DNA from: Planctomycetota bacterium
GTDB taxonomy: Bacteria > Planctomycetota > JBFWNO01
Length of the DNA stretch: 57,781 nucleotides
Reading direction: 5' to 3'
NCBI GenBank assembly: GCA_050251015.1
Contig: JBFWNO010000004.1
Span: 1-57,781, forward strand
Shown here piece after piece: positions 17,365 through 26,400 of the stretch (its first letter is position 1; every line of letters begins with the position of its first letter). Position numbers and translations under genes: made by a program. A model generated the notes under the pieces. The model was given only the letters and a program-made list of their open reading frames with translations. It ran no database searches and had not been told where the DNA came from.

Positions 17365-18817
17365 GTTGTACCCATGTTACACTAGCCCTGTGGCGCGATT
17401 TGGCAAACTGCTCCAGGGGGCTGCCCTTGCGCTGATCGGTGCGGAGTTGTTGTTTTCATTGTTCGTTGCCCGCATGGCGCCTTGTGCCGGCGACGATGGT
17501 TTTTTTCAATACCTTGCGGCCCTCCACTTCCATCATGGACTGGTACCTATCAGGGATTTTCTTTGCGAGTACAGCCCCGGATTCGTTTACTTTTTCTCGG
17601 GGGTGTGGACTGTGATGGGTGTGGGTGTCACCGACACGCTACTGGCCATGGCTTTGGTGGGGTTTGCCATTGTGATTCTGAGTTCCATGGCTTGCGCCTA
17701 TCAAACGGGAAGCCTGAATGCTGCCCTCTTCTGTGCCGTGGTGATGATCCCCATGAGGCTGGTCTATGAGGGGGGGTATGCCTACACGGAACCCCTGGTG
17801 ATGATCTTTGTCATGGCAGCCTACCTTCTCCAAATCAAGGGCGGCCGACGTTGGTCTTGGGCGACGGGACTGTTTCTGGGTTCGGCGCTGATGATGAAGC
17901 AAAGTGCCATGGTGTTCCTGCCGGCTTTCGGACTCGATCTTGTGATGCGGGGTGGTGTTTGGGGTCGCTGGAAGGCCTTGGTGATCTGGTTGGCGGGGCT
18001 TGGCGTGCCCTTTGGATTCTTCTGCCTGGCCAATGGACTGCCCTTCCTTGAGACCCTCTGGTATGTGGCTGATTACGGTCACCAGGAATACAGGGGGGAT
18101 TTCATTTCGTTGCCAGAAACCATTCGGTTCCATTTGCAGATGTGGGTCTTTGTTTGGCCGGCCCTTGGTTCGGCCGTTTGGGTCCTTTGGAGGCACCGCT
18201 CCAACTATGCGTTGGCCTTGGGATGTCTTGCCGGGGCCCTGGCCCTGTGTTCCTGCCAGTCTTCTTACCATTACTTTCTTTCCGCCCTGCCTTTCCTTTG
18301 TTTGACCTTGGCTCAGGCCGCCACTGATCTCTGGAGATTTGCGGGCCCGGTGAAGATCGGAGTCGCGGGATTGGTGGGGATGATGGCGGTGGGTGTGTTG
18401 GGTCGTGATCGATTGACTCAAAAGCTATCCGCCCTCACCGGACCCGAACCCTTGTTCCGGACTTTTTACGGGGGCCTCGACGGGTCTGTCCGCCGGCGCC
18501 AGATCAAAAAGGCCTCCATCATCCGGGACATGGCGGGGGATCGAAAGCTGATGATCCTGGGTGATGTGGCCATGCAGTATTACTCGGGGATCCGGCTGTA
18601 TGTGGATGAGCCCAACATGGGCTACCTACGTTGGCCCCAGGACCAGGACCTGATCGACGGACGATTCCTGGGGCGTTGCGACTTCATTGTGGTCAGGCCG
18701 TCCCAGGACCGCTACAACTATGAGGGGCTGATCCAGCACCTCAAGGAATCCGGTTATGTCGAGCATGCCAGGATCGCCGTCTGGGACGATGTGGTGGTGG
18801 ACCTGAGGCGTCCGTGA
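17363..18817 (+). CDS. Polytopic membrane protein, GT-C-like
   Basis: 484 aa. TM1 (LLQGAALALIGAELLFSLFVA) is followed by the acidic loop CAGDDGFFQYLAALHFHHGLVPIRDF. About 11 hydrophobic segments and a soluble C-terminal domain. The annotated ATG overlaps the divergent gene's ATG (CATG), so the true start may be slightly downstream. Confidence 0.7.
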   Translation: MLYPCYTSPVARFGKLLQGAALALIGAELLFSLFVARMAPCAGDDGFFQYLAALHFHHGLVPIRDFLCEYSPGFVYFFSGVWTVMGVGVTDTLLAMALVGFAIVILSSMACAYQTGSLNAALFCAVVMIPMRLVYEGGYAYTEPLVMIFVMAAYLLQIKGGRRWSWATGLFLGSALMMKQSAMVFLPAFGLDLVMRGGVWGRWKALVIWLAGLGVPFGFFCLANGLPFLETLWYVADYGHQEYRGDFISLPETIRFHLQMWVFVWPALGSAVWVLWRHRSNYALALGCLAGALALCSCQSSYHYFLSALPFLCLTLAQAATDLWRFAGPVKIGVAGLVGMMAVGVLGRDRLTQKLSALTGPEPLFRTFYGGLDGSVRRRQIKKASIIRDMAGDRKLMILGDVAMQYYSGIRLYVDEPNMGYLRWPQDQDLIDGRFLGRCDFIVVRPSQDRYNYEGLIQHLKESGYVEHARIAVWDDVVVDLRRP

Positions 18818-19866
18818 AGGTCCTCTTGATGGCCTACAAGTTTCCGCCATGCCACATGAGCGGGCTCGAAATGGGGACCGATTTCATGGCCCGGGAACTT
18901 GTGCGGCGAGGCCATCAGGTTCATGTGGTGGTGACCCGGAGGGACAGGGGCCAGTCCTTTCATGGCCTTCAACATGGTTACCGTCTTTGGCGATTGCCGG
19001 TCTTGCCTGTCCCCGTGCTCAGAAGCCTTTGGGAGTGGTGGGCGGCCAGCCTCATGGTGCTGTGGATACGGCCCGACCTGTTCCATGGTCAGGCGTTGGT
19101 GCCCTGCGGTTTCCTGGCGGGTTTTTGGGGACGGCTACTCGGTTGCCGTTCCGTGGTTTATCTGTACGGCCGGGATGTCCGGCACCCTTCCACCTTTTTG
19201 CGCGAAACACTGGGCCGGCCTGCCTTGACCTGGTGCACCGTGGTCCTGGCCGCTACCGAGCATTGCCGGTCAGCAGCCCTTGAGATCAAACAGCGGGATA
19301 TCAGGGTGTTCCTGTCCGGATTCGAGCCCCCTGCGCGTTGGCCTCAGAGGGAACGTGGAAAGCGCATCCTCTTTGTGGGCCGGCTCGACAAGGTGAAAGG
19401 TGTGGATGTCTTGTTGAAGGCGCTACCCCAGATTGAGGGAGTGGGCCTGGATATTGTGGGGGAGGGTCCACTCCGCAGGGAGTTGGAGTTTTTGGCTGCA
19501 ACCTTGGGAGTGGATTCGCGTGTCGCCTTTTTGGGAAGCAGAAGCAATGACGATGTGCTCTCTTTGATGGCCCGTTCGGCCGTCCTTGCAGTCCCCTCCC
19601 TGGAGGAACCCTATGGTGTCGTCATCCTGGAGGCCCTCTCTGTGGGTTGCCCCGTTGTGGCCTCCCGTGTGGGAGGGATCCCCGAAATCATCGACAGCCC
19701 GGATAAGGGATTCTTGGTGGAACCAGGTGTACCAGCCCCGCTGGCCGAGGCCCTCCGTAAGGCCCTTCATGAGGCCGATCCCTCGCCCGAGGTGGTTCAG
19801 GGGATTCGAAGCCGTTTCACATGGCGTTCCAGGGTGGACGAATTGGAAGCCCACTATGCGGCGTAG
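18814..19866 (+). CDS. Glycosyltransferase family 4
   Basis: GTG start in a GTGA overlap. MKVLLMAYKFPP. E-x7-E region SLEEPYGVVILEALSVGCPVVASRVGGIPEII. Confidence 0.85.
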   Translation: MKVLLMAYKFPPCHMSGLEMGTDFMARELVRRGHQVHVVVTRRDRGQSFHGLQHGYRLWRLPVLPVPVLRSLWEWWAASLMVLWIRPDLFHGQALVPCGFLAGFWGRLLGCRSVVYLYGRDVRHPSTFLRETLGRPALTWCTVVLAATEHCRSAALEIKQRDIRVFLSGFEPPARWPQRERGKRILFVGRLDKVKGVDVLLKALPQIEGVGLDIVGEGPLRRELEFLAATLGVDSRVAFLGSRSNDDVLSLMARSAVLAVPSLEEPYGVVILEALSVGCPVVASRVGGIPEIIDSPDKGFLVEPGVPAPLAEALRKALHEADPSPEVVQGIRSRFTWRSRVDELEAHYAA

Positions 19867-20740
19867 GATTCAAATGATTGTGGCCGTTGCGACACTCCTC
19901 CTGGGGACGGCAACATGGTTTGTCTACAACGCGATGGAACAGAAGCACTTGGCTCGCTGGGAGCTCATGGGAAGCGCACCCTCGGGACTCCCTGTTTTCA
20001 TGTTCCATGAACCCGATGCCCAGGAACTTGAGGAGGTTTTGGATCACCTGGTGCGCAACCAATACATCACCCTGGGTGTAAGGGAGGCTTCGGATATTCT
20101 TGCCGGTCGACGGCCCTTCACGGGTCGGGAAGTCTTGTTGACCTTCGATGATGGCAAGCTCGCGCTTTGGAGCTATGTCTGGCCGGCCCTCCAGAAACGG
20201 AAGCTCCGTGGTGTGGCCTTTGTGAACCCCGGCTTGGTCACCGAGTCTTCCTTGCGTCCCCAACATCCGGGCGAGGGGCCGGCCAACGAGGACCTCAGCC
20301 AGTACTGCTCCTGGGACGAGCTCCAGAAGGCTGCGGGCCAAGGCTTGGATATTCAGAGTCATGCCTGGAGCCATGAGCGGGAGATCTACGCTGACGTAGC
20401 CCTGCACCCGCAGTATCACCAGGAGATCCTTCAGGGATTGGTGAGGGCCAAGGACCGGTTGATATCCATGGGTTTCGGTCGGCAGCTCCTGTTCTGTGCT
20501 CCCTTCGGGTCCGTGAGCCCTGCATTGGAAGAGATGGCACTGGAGGCCGGTTATCCTCAAGTGGTGGGTGTCAGGCCCGATCGTTACGAAGGTTTCTATT
20601 CCCCGGAAAATGAGGCGGGTGCCAAACGGGTGATCCGGTTCAACCACCGGAGCATCCTTTCTTTGCCGGGTGAAGGGCGTGAGGGGCTGATGGGCCGTAT
20701 GTGGCGCAGACTGTGGAGAGGTGGCGATCGATATGAGTGA
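19856..20740 (+). CDS. Membrane-anchored polysaccharide deacetylase (CE4/NodB family)
   Basis: Start MRRRIQMIVAVATLLLGTATWFVY (TM anchor; alternative ATG at 19874). CE4 motif 1 LLTFDDGKLALW and motif 2 SHAWSHE (HxxxH). Confidence 0.75.
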   Translation: MRRRIQMIVAVATLLLGTATWFVYNAMEQKHLARWELMGSAPSGLPVFMFHEPDAQELEEVLDHLVRNQYITLGVREASDILAGRRPFTGREVLLTFDDGKLALWSYVWPALQKRKLRGVAFVNPGLVTESSLRPQHPGEGPANEDLSQYCSWDELQKAAGQGLDIQSHAWSHEREIYADVALHPQYHQEILQGLVRAKDRLISMGFGRQLLFCAPFGSVSPALEEMALEAGYPQVVGVRPDRYEGFYSPENEAGAKRVIRFNHRSILSLPGEGREGLMGRMWRRLWRGGDRYE

Positions 20741-21656
20741 CCAGCCTCTCGTCAGTGTGATCATTCCCGCTTACAAGGCCCGAGACTACCTGCGCAAGTG
20801 CCTCCAAAGCATCGAAGAGAACCTCAGTGTTCCCCACGAGGTGATTGTGGTTGAGGATGCGGGCCGCGATGGCACGGTGGACATGGTCCGGTTGGAGTTT
20901 CCCCATGTTGTCCTGCTGGAAAACGAACAAAATTTGGGCGTGATCGGTGCAAGGGCCAGGGGAATCGAGAAAGCCAGGGCTTCTCTTCTTTTTTTTGTCG
21001 ATTCCGACATCGAACTCCTCCCTGGGGTCTTTGAGGCCCTGCATGGAGAGTTGAAGAGTGACGCACGCATTGCGTATGTCACTTGCAACAAGCGATCCGT
21101 CGATGGAACGCACCAACGGAGCGCCTTTGCATGGCCGACCTTGTCGGGTCAAATCCGTGCCATGATTCCTCCGATCCGCACAAGGGATGTCCTGTCGGCG
21201 GAGGCGGGACACCGGCAAGCCTTTGATCCCGGATGGATCAGTGTGGGCCACAGTCTCATGAGGCTGGAGGCTTTCAAGGAGACAGGCGGTTTCCTGAAAG
21301 GGGTCTTCTTTTTTGGGGAGGATGTGGATATCTGCGCCAAGCTCAGGGCTAAGGGTTGGCGGGTGCGCTTCATCCCCTACCTTGGATTTGTCCATCACGG
21401 CAGTATTTCCCAAGTGCTGGAACCCAACCGGTTCAGGGTGAAGTCCTGGCTGTCTTCGGTCATCCTGGCGGATCTCTATTGGCCCCGATGGCAGGCTTTG
21501 GTCCTCCGATTTCTGCTTTTTTTCAGGGGACTTGTTGTCTGTGGGATGCAGATCTGTCGCGGGCAGGATGTGAGGGAGATCCTGCAGGCCCTCCCCAAGC
21601 TGCTTTGGCCTATCCCCCTGACCACCAATTATCGGGCCCGGGATGCCTTAGGATGA
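20733..21656 (+). CDS. Glycosyltransferase family 2
   Basis: MSDQPLVSVIIPAYKARDYLRKCLQSI, VVEDAGRDGT, FFVDSDIEL (DxD). An alternative GTG start lies at 20721. Confidence 0.85.
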   Translation: MSDQPLVSVIIPAYKARDYLRKCLQSIEENLSVPHEVIVVEDAGRDGTVDMVRLEFPHVVLLENEQNLGVIGARARGIEKARASLLFFVDSDIELLPGVFEALHGELKSDARIAYVTCNKRSVDGTHQRSAFAWPTLSGQIRAMIPPIRTRDVLSAEAGHRQAFDPGWISVGHSLMRLEAFKETGGFLKGVFFFGEDVDICAKLRAKGWRVRFIPYLGFVHHGSISQVLEPNRFRVKSWLSSVILADLYWPRWQALVLRFLLFFRGLVVCGMQICRGQDVREILQALPKLLWPIPLTTNYRARDALG

Positions 21657-21666
21657 TGCACCTCCC

Positions 21667-22392
21667 ATGAGCCTCCCCATGCCCAAGGAAAGCCAGGAAC
21701 GCGTGAAAGACTCTCTGGAGTTTCTTTCCAGTGTCTACAACTACAACCATTGGATCGCCCGCACCCTAGAGCCTTTTTGTGGTGCCCGGATCCTGGAACT
21801 GGGATGCGGGATCGGGAGCATGGTGCCCTATTTCCTGACAAGGAAGGCCTTCTTGGGAGCCGACAACGATCCGAGGTTTGTGGCGTATTGCGAAGAGCAG
21901 TACAAGGATCACCTGAATTGCCGCTTCTTTCATGGTGACCTCGCCAAGCGGGAACTCGCCCTCCCGGAAGGCGCCGTGTTTGACACCATTCTCAGCCTGA
22001 ATGTGATCGAGCACCTGGAAGACGATGTGGGGGCTCTGGAGTACATGGCGAGCCTGGTTCCGGATGGCGGCAATCTGGTCCTTCTCCTTCCTGCCCACCC
22101 CTCCATCCATGGCCATCTTGATGATGTGGTGGGACATTTCCGCCGCTATTCCAAGGAAGACCTGCTTGCCAAGATCGGCCGTGTGGGATTGCGCACAGCC
22201 AGCTGCTTTTATTTCAACGTGGTGGGCTATGTTGGATGGGGGCTCAACAGCAGGGTCTTGGGCCGCAGTCGCATTCCTGTGAAGAGTACCCTCATGTATG
22301 ACAAATACATTGTCCCCCTGCAGGCCTGGTTGGAGGGATTGATCCATCCTCCTTTCGGACAATCCATCATCCTGCACGCCGTCAAGACATGA
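21667..22392 (+). CDS. Class I SAM-dependent methyltransferase
   Basis: ILELGCGIGSM, FDTILSLNVIEHLEDD, PDGGNLVLLLP. The C-terminal tail GQSIILHAVKT resembles those of the other three MTs. Confidence 0.85.
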   Translation: MSLPMPKESQERVKDSLEFLSSVYNYNHWIARTLEPFCGARILELGCGIGSMVPYFLTRKAFLGADNDPRFVAYCEEQYKDHLNCRFFHGDLAKRELALPEGAVFDTILSLNVIEHLEDDVGALEYMASLVPDGGNLVLLLPAHPSIHGHLDDVVGHFRRYSKEDLLAKIGRVGLRTASCFYFNVVGYVGWGLNSRVLGRSRIPVKSTLMYDKYIVPLQAWLEGLIHPPFGQSIILHAVKT

Positions 22393-23891
22393 AGGTCTCG
22401 GTGGTGGTGCCAGTGGCCGATGCTTCGCGCAATCGCCTGCTTGCGGATCTCTTGGAGTCGCTCAAGAAACAGACACTCCGGGACTTTGAGGTGATCCTGG
22501 TGGAAGGCGACAGCCGCCAGGGCCGGGCCATCAACCAGGGCGTTCGGGTGGCACGAGGCGAGTGGATCGTGACCATGGATGATGACACGATGATCTTGGA
22601 TGACGATCTGTTGGCATGCCTTGTGGCTCGCATGGAGGAGGCGCCGGAAATCGGCCTGGGGGGAGCGGCCTGTGTGATCCCTGATTCTGCCTCTGCCTTC
22701 CAGAAGCGGGCCATGCTGGAGGTTCCCCGCAGGCAATTCCCTGTCCAGGAATCCACCGTGGACAGCGATTTTGTTCAGCATCCCTGCCTGATTATCCAAA
22801 GGGATCTCTTCATGGCGATCGGGGGCGAGGATGAGGAATTGGTGAGAGGGCTTGATCCGGTCCTGCGCAAGAAAGTCAGGGATAGAGGGAAGAGGGTGGC
22901 CATTCTTGCCGGAACCCGTGTGGCCCACTTGGTCCCGGATTCTTTGGGTGCCTTGGTGAGGATGTACCGCCGCAATGGGCGGGGCTCGGCCTTTGCCTCG
23001 AGGTTTTTCCCCGGAAGGGTCCTGGAATTGACAGATGGGTTTGACGGAGGAAGCTTTGTGGAAACCCGGCCCCTGGGATACAGGGTCCAACGGAGGATGA
23101 GGGGTTTCATGGCCGACCTATGGCATGGCCGATGGCTTTCACTCTCCTGTCAGGCGGGCTATGTGACGGGTTGGGTGGAGGGATTTCTTGAGGGCGGTTT
23201 CCCGGGTTCTTCGCCTCGGGTGTATGGCGAGCCATCTTCTCCTGAGGGACAGCCACCCGTGCGTCGCCTGCGGGCCGTGGTCGGCCCCCCTTCGACTGAT
23301 GAGCAGATTGCCCGCATGCATGTGAACCCCACGAGGGATTTCTGCATGGGGTCCGAAACCAGCCCCGTCCTAGACTTCTATCGTGATAAGGTGGGACTCT
23401 TCCGTCAGTTTGAACCACAGGGTGTCTTGGTGGAACAGAATGCATCGGGTGAAGTCTTGGGCTTTCTCCTCTTGAACATTCATCCCGGCAAGTTCAAGAA
23501 GCGGCTCCTGATGAGTGCCTATCCTTTGCGATATCTCTGGAGTCTCGTCACCCGGCGTTACAAGGGAAGCCGGGAAGGTTGGCGCAAGTGGTGGAGGCTT
23601 CCCCTGGCCTTTATCCGCAAACCCAAGGGGGCCCCCGGATCCGGTGGTGCCAAGGTTTTGGCGTTCATTGTGAGGGAGGACCAACGGGGCCAAGGGATCG
23701 GGAGTGCCCTCCTTCGCCGCGCCGAGAGTGAGACCCTGCGCAGGGGCAAGCATCACCTCGAAGTCACGGTGGCCAAGGACAATGCCAAGGCCATCAGGGT
23801 CTATGAGAAAGAAGGTTACAAGATCACTGGCGAATTGCTGGAAAGCACGGGACAGAGCTACTATCTCGAGAAACCTGTCGGCGTCCCGTGA
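22389..23891 (+). CDS. Fusion protein: N-terminal GT2 glycosyltransferase plus C-terminal GNAT N-acetyltransferase
   Basis: N-terminus: KVSVVVPVADASRNRLLADLLESLKKQT, FEVILVEGDS, IVTMDDDT. C-terminus: VLAFIVREDQRGQGIGSALLRRAE...LEVTVAKDNAKAIRVYEKEGYK (GNAT motif A, Q/RxxGxG). ATGA overlap at the start. Confidence 0.8.
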   Translation: MKVSVVVPVADASRNRLLADLLESLKKQTLRDFEVILVEGDSRQGRAINQGVRVARGEWIVTMDDDTMILDDDLLACLVARMEEAPEIGLGGAACVIPDSASAFQKRAMLEVPRRQFPVQESTVDSDFVQHPCLIIQRDLFMAIGGEDEELVRGLDPVLRKKVRDRGKRVAILAGTRVAHLVPDSLGALVRMYRRNGRGSAFASRFFPGRVLELTDGFDGGSFVETRPLGYRVQRRMRGFMADLWHGRWLSLSCQAGYVTGWVEGFLEGGFPGSSPRVYGEPSSPEGQPPVRRLRAVVGPPSTDEQIARMHVNPTRDFCMGSETSPVLDFYRDKVGLFRQFEPQGVLVEQNASGEVLGFLLLNIHPGKFKKRLLMSAYPLRYLWSLVTRRYKGSREGWRKWWRLPLAFIRKPKGAPGSGGAKVLAFIVREDQRGQGIGSALLRRAESETLRRGKHHLEVTVAKDNAKAIRVYEKEGYKITGELLESTGQSYYLEKPVGVP

Positions 23892-24967
23892 AGATCGCGG
23901 TGGTCAGCGACTACCTCGACCCCCTCAATTGGGGAGGGGCCTCCAGGGTAGCGGCAATGCAGGCCCGGGAATTGACCCGCGAAGGCCATGATGTGCTCCT
24001 GCTGGGGGCATCCTCCAGTCTGGCCCGAGTGGGATCCTGTCGTCATGTGGCCTTTCCCCATCGGCCTGGTCTGCGTGGAGCCTGGAGCCTCCGGCGCCAT
24101 GTGCGAGCCCATGTGGGGGCCTTCGCTCCCGACCTTGTGGTGGCCCATCAGCCCCTGGTGGCCAGATTTGTGATCGAACAGTTTCCCCTGGTGCGGTTGC
24201 GGTATGTCTTCCATTCGAGTTGGAGCGCCGAGGTGGAGGCCAGAGGAGGCCGGCCTGGCATGAGACGAAGGGTGGAGCGCCATGTCCTCCGCAAGGCGGA
24301 AAGGATCTTTTGCACCAGTCCCTTCACGTTGGGGGAGCTCGAGCGAACCGAGGCGTCATCCTTGCACAAATCGAAAGTCAACCCCTTGGCGGTAGAGAGT
24401 CCTCCCTTTATCCCTGATCCTGGTAGGGAAGAGTGGGTCCGACGCACCCACGACATTCCGCCAGGGATGAAGGCCGTGGCGGTCTTCCGGAGGCTGACAG
24501 CAAGAACGGGCGTTGATCTTGCCATTCAGGCAGTGAAAGAGTGCCCTGAGGTTTTCCTCCTTGTGGGAGGCACCGGAGAGCAGGCCGGAGCCATGCGGGA
24601 ACTGGCCGCCAACGAAGGCATTTCAGACAGGTGCCGCTTTCTGGGCTATGTGCCCGAGGATCAGATGGTCTCCCTCCTCCAGGGGGCCTCTGCCGTGATG
24701 GTGCCCAGCAGGGACCTTGAGGGATTCGGGCTCTCCACACTTGAGGCCATGGCCTGCGGGTGCCCGGTGGTGGCGACGGATGTGGGGAACAACAGGGCCT
24801 TGGTGGAGCAATGTGCCGGTGGTGCCCTGTCCGATGGCGAGGGACCCGTGGCCCTGGCATCGGCCCTGCGCCGGGTCTTGGGATCTTCATGGGACAGGGT
24901 GGCCATGGGACAAAGGGTCCGCCAGTCGTTCAGCTGGAACAGGCATGTTCAGGAGCTATTGTGCTGA
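23888..24967 (+). CDS. Glycosyltransferase family 4
   Basis: GTG start in a GTGA overlap. MKIAVVSDYLDPLNWGG. E-x7-E region SRDLEGFGLSTLEAMACGCPVVATDVG. Confidence 0.85.
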   Translation: MKIAVVSDYLDPLNWGGASRVAAMQARELTREGHDVLLLGASSSLARVGSCRHVAFPHRPGLRGAWSLRRHVRAHVGAFAPDLVVAHQPLVARFVIEQFPLVRLRYVFHSSWSAEVEARGGRPGMRRRVERHVLRKAERIFCTSPFTLGELERTEASSLHKSKVNPLAVESPPFIPDPGREEWVRRTHDIPPGMKAVAVFRRLTARTGVDLAIQAVKECPEVFLLVGGTGEQAGAMRELAANEGISDRCRFLGYVPEDQMVSLLQGASAVMVPSRDLEGFGLSTLEAMACGCPVVATDVGNNRALVEQCAGGALSDGEGPVALASALRRVLGSSWDRVAMGQRVRQSFSWNRHVQELLC

Positions 24968-24972
24968 GATTC

Positions 24973-26400
24973 ATGCCCCTGTTTTTTTTGGCCTTGTACA
25001 CGATGACGCTCATGCCCGGCGTGGGATGGGGGGACGAAGCCAAATATCAGGTTGAGGCCCTCACGCTTGATTGGCCGCGTGAGGCGGGGCTTCATGGTCT
25101 CTATGCCATTGTGAGCGCTCTCTTCGTGCAGGCCTGGCCTTGGGGTTCAGTGGCCTACAAGGCGAATCTGTTTTCCGCTGTCTGTGCAGCAGCGGCCCTG
25201 GCCGTTTTCATCCGGGTTCTGCGGACGCTTGGGATCTCACAGCGCTCGACTGCCCTTGCCACCTTGACCCTGGGGCTTTCGCACACCTTCTGGACCCATG
25301 CCACTTGGGCCGAAAGCTATCCCTTGTTTGCCTGCCTTTGGATTGGTGCCGTGGGTGTTGGGATGCGTTACCTGATGGAGGGTCACCCGCGTGACTTGGC
25401 CCTGACCCTCGGGCTCTTCGGCCTCACGCTTTGGGTCAACCTGATGGCCACGCAGGGTTTGGCGGCCTTCCTGTGTTGCGCGGTGCTTTTGAGACCCGAG
25501 TGCCGGAAGCTGCCGGCTTGGAAGATCCCCTTGCTGGCGCTCCTGGTGGGCCTTTCCCCATGGCTGGGGCGGCTTCTCTGGGCGCTGGGCGTTGAGAAAA
25601 TTCCCTTGGACCTTGTGTTGATGCGGGCCTTCGAACTCGACTTTGCGCACCAGTTATGGATCCGACATTCTCCCTCAGACTGGATCCGTGGGGCGCGGGC
25701 CTTCCCCCTGTATTTTCTGTATCAATTTGGGCTGATGGCTTTCTATTTCACCCGTCTGAGGCGATTGCCTGCCAGGGTCTGGCTCTTCCCTGTCCTTTTG
25801 ACTCTTCTCATCATGCTCTTCTGCTCCACCTTCCTTCCCCAGCGCACGGTGTGGGTGTTGATGGCTGCTTGGCTTCCCCTGTTTCTCCTGATGGCGACTT
25901 GCCTTGATGTCTCGATGCCAGCAACACCCAGAATGTTCATTCTGCCGTTGCTGACCGTGGCGGGGTACGCCTTGCTGTCGTATTCAGTGCAGATATTCTT
26001 GGATCAACACCCTGCTGCAAGATCCTTTTCCATTTTCCACGCCGAACCTGTTGGCACGAGAAACGCTGCCGCAATATTTTTGAAACCTTGGAAGCAGGAT
26101 GAACGTTCCGCTCAGGACTACATTGATGAGGTTGAGTCGACGCTCAAGGCCAAAGACATGATTGTCTGCGACTTCACCCCGGCGGCCACCCTGCGATACG
26201 CCAAGGAGGTCGAGGGGCGCCTGCACAACATCACGATCGCTTACCTCCGAGATGACCTCAATTCCGTGCTGTCCTCGGCACCACCCGGAACCGGGCTTTG
26301 GCTCGGGAGAGATTCCGCAGAGTTCCACAGGCGCTTGGATGGCATGCGATGGCGTACGGAAAAAGTGGGTTCCCTGTTGAGGGTGGAGAAGCGTCCGTGA
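24973..26400 (+). CDS. Polytopic membrane protein, DUF2723/TMEM260-like GT-C candidate
   Basis: MPLFFLALYTMTLMPGVGWGDEAKYQVEAL resembles the DUF2723 N-terminal signature (Y..T..PgV..gD..E). About 11 hydrophobic segments and a soluble C-terminal domain. An alternative GTG start lies at 24961. Confidence 0.7.
   Translation: MPLFFLALYTMTLMPGVGWGDEAKYQVEALTLDWPREAGLHGLYAIVSALFVQAWPWGSVAYKANLFSAVCAAAALAVFIRVLRTLGISQRSTALATLTLGLSHTFWTHATWAESYPLFACLWIGAVGVGMRYLMEGHPRDLALTLGLFGLTLWVNLMATQGLAAFLCCAVLLRPECRKLPAWKIPLLALLVGLSPWLGRLLWALGVEKIPLDLVLMRAFELDFAHQLWIRHSPSDWIRGARAFPLYFLYQFGLMAFYFTRLRRLPARVWLFPVLLTLLIMLFCSTFLPQRTVWVLMAAWLPLFLLMATCLDVSMPATPRMFILPLLTVAGYALLSYSVQIFLDQHPAARSFSIFHAEPVGTRNAAAIFLKPWKQDERSAQDYIDEVESTLKAKDMIVCDFTPAATLRYAKEVEGRLHNITIAYLRDDLNSVLSSAPPGTGLWLGRDSAEFHRRLDGMRWRTEKVGSLLRVEKRP

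Noticed and set aside
16456-17385. 309-aa plus-strand ORF
   Set aside because: It is antisense to the SDR epimerase/dehydratase gene, which has a GxxGxxG Rossmann motif and YxxxK. I recognised no domain in the plus-strand product.
19817-20764. 315-aa minus-strand ORF
   Set aside because: It is antisense to the CE4 deacetylase gene (TFDDG, HxxxH). It is a shadow ORF.
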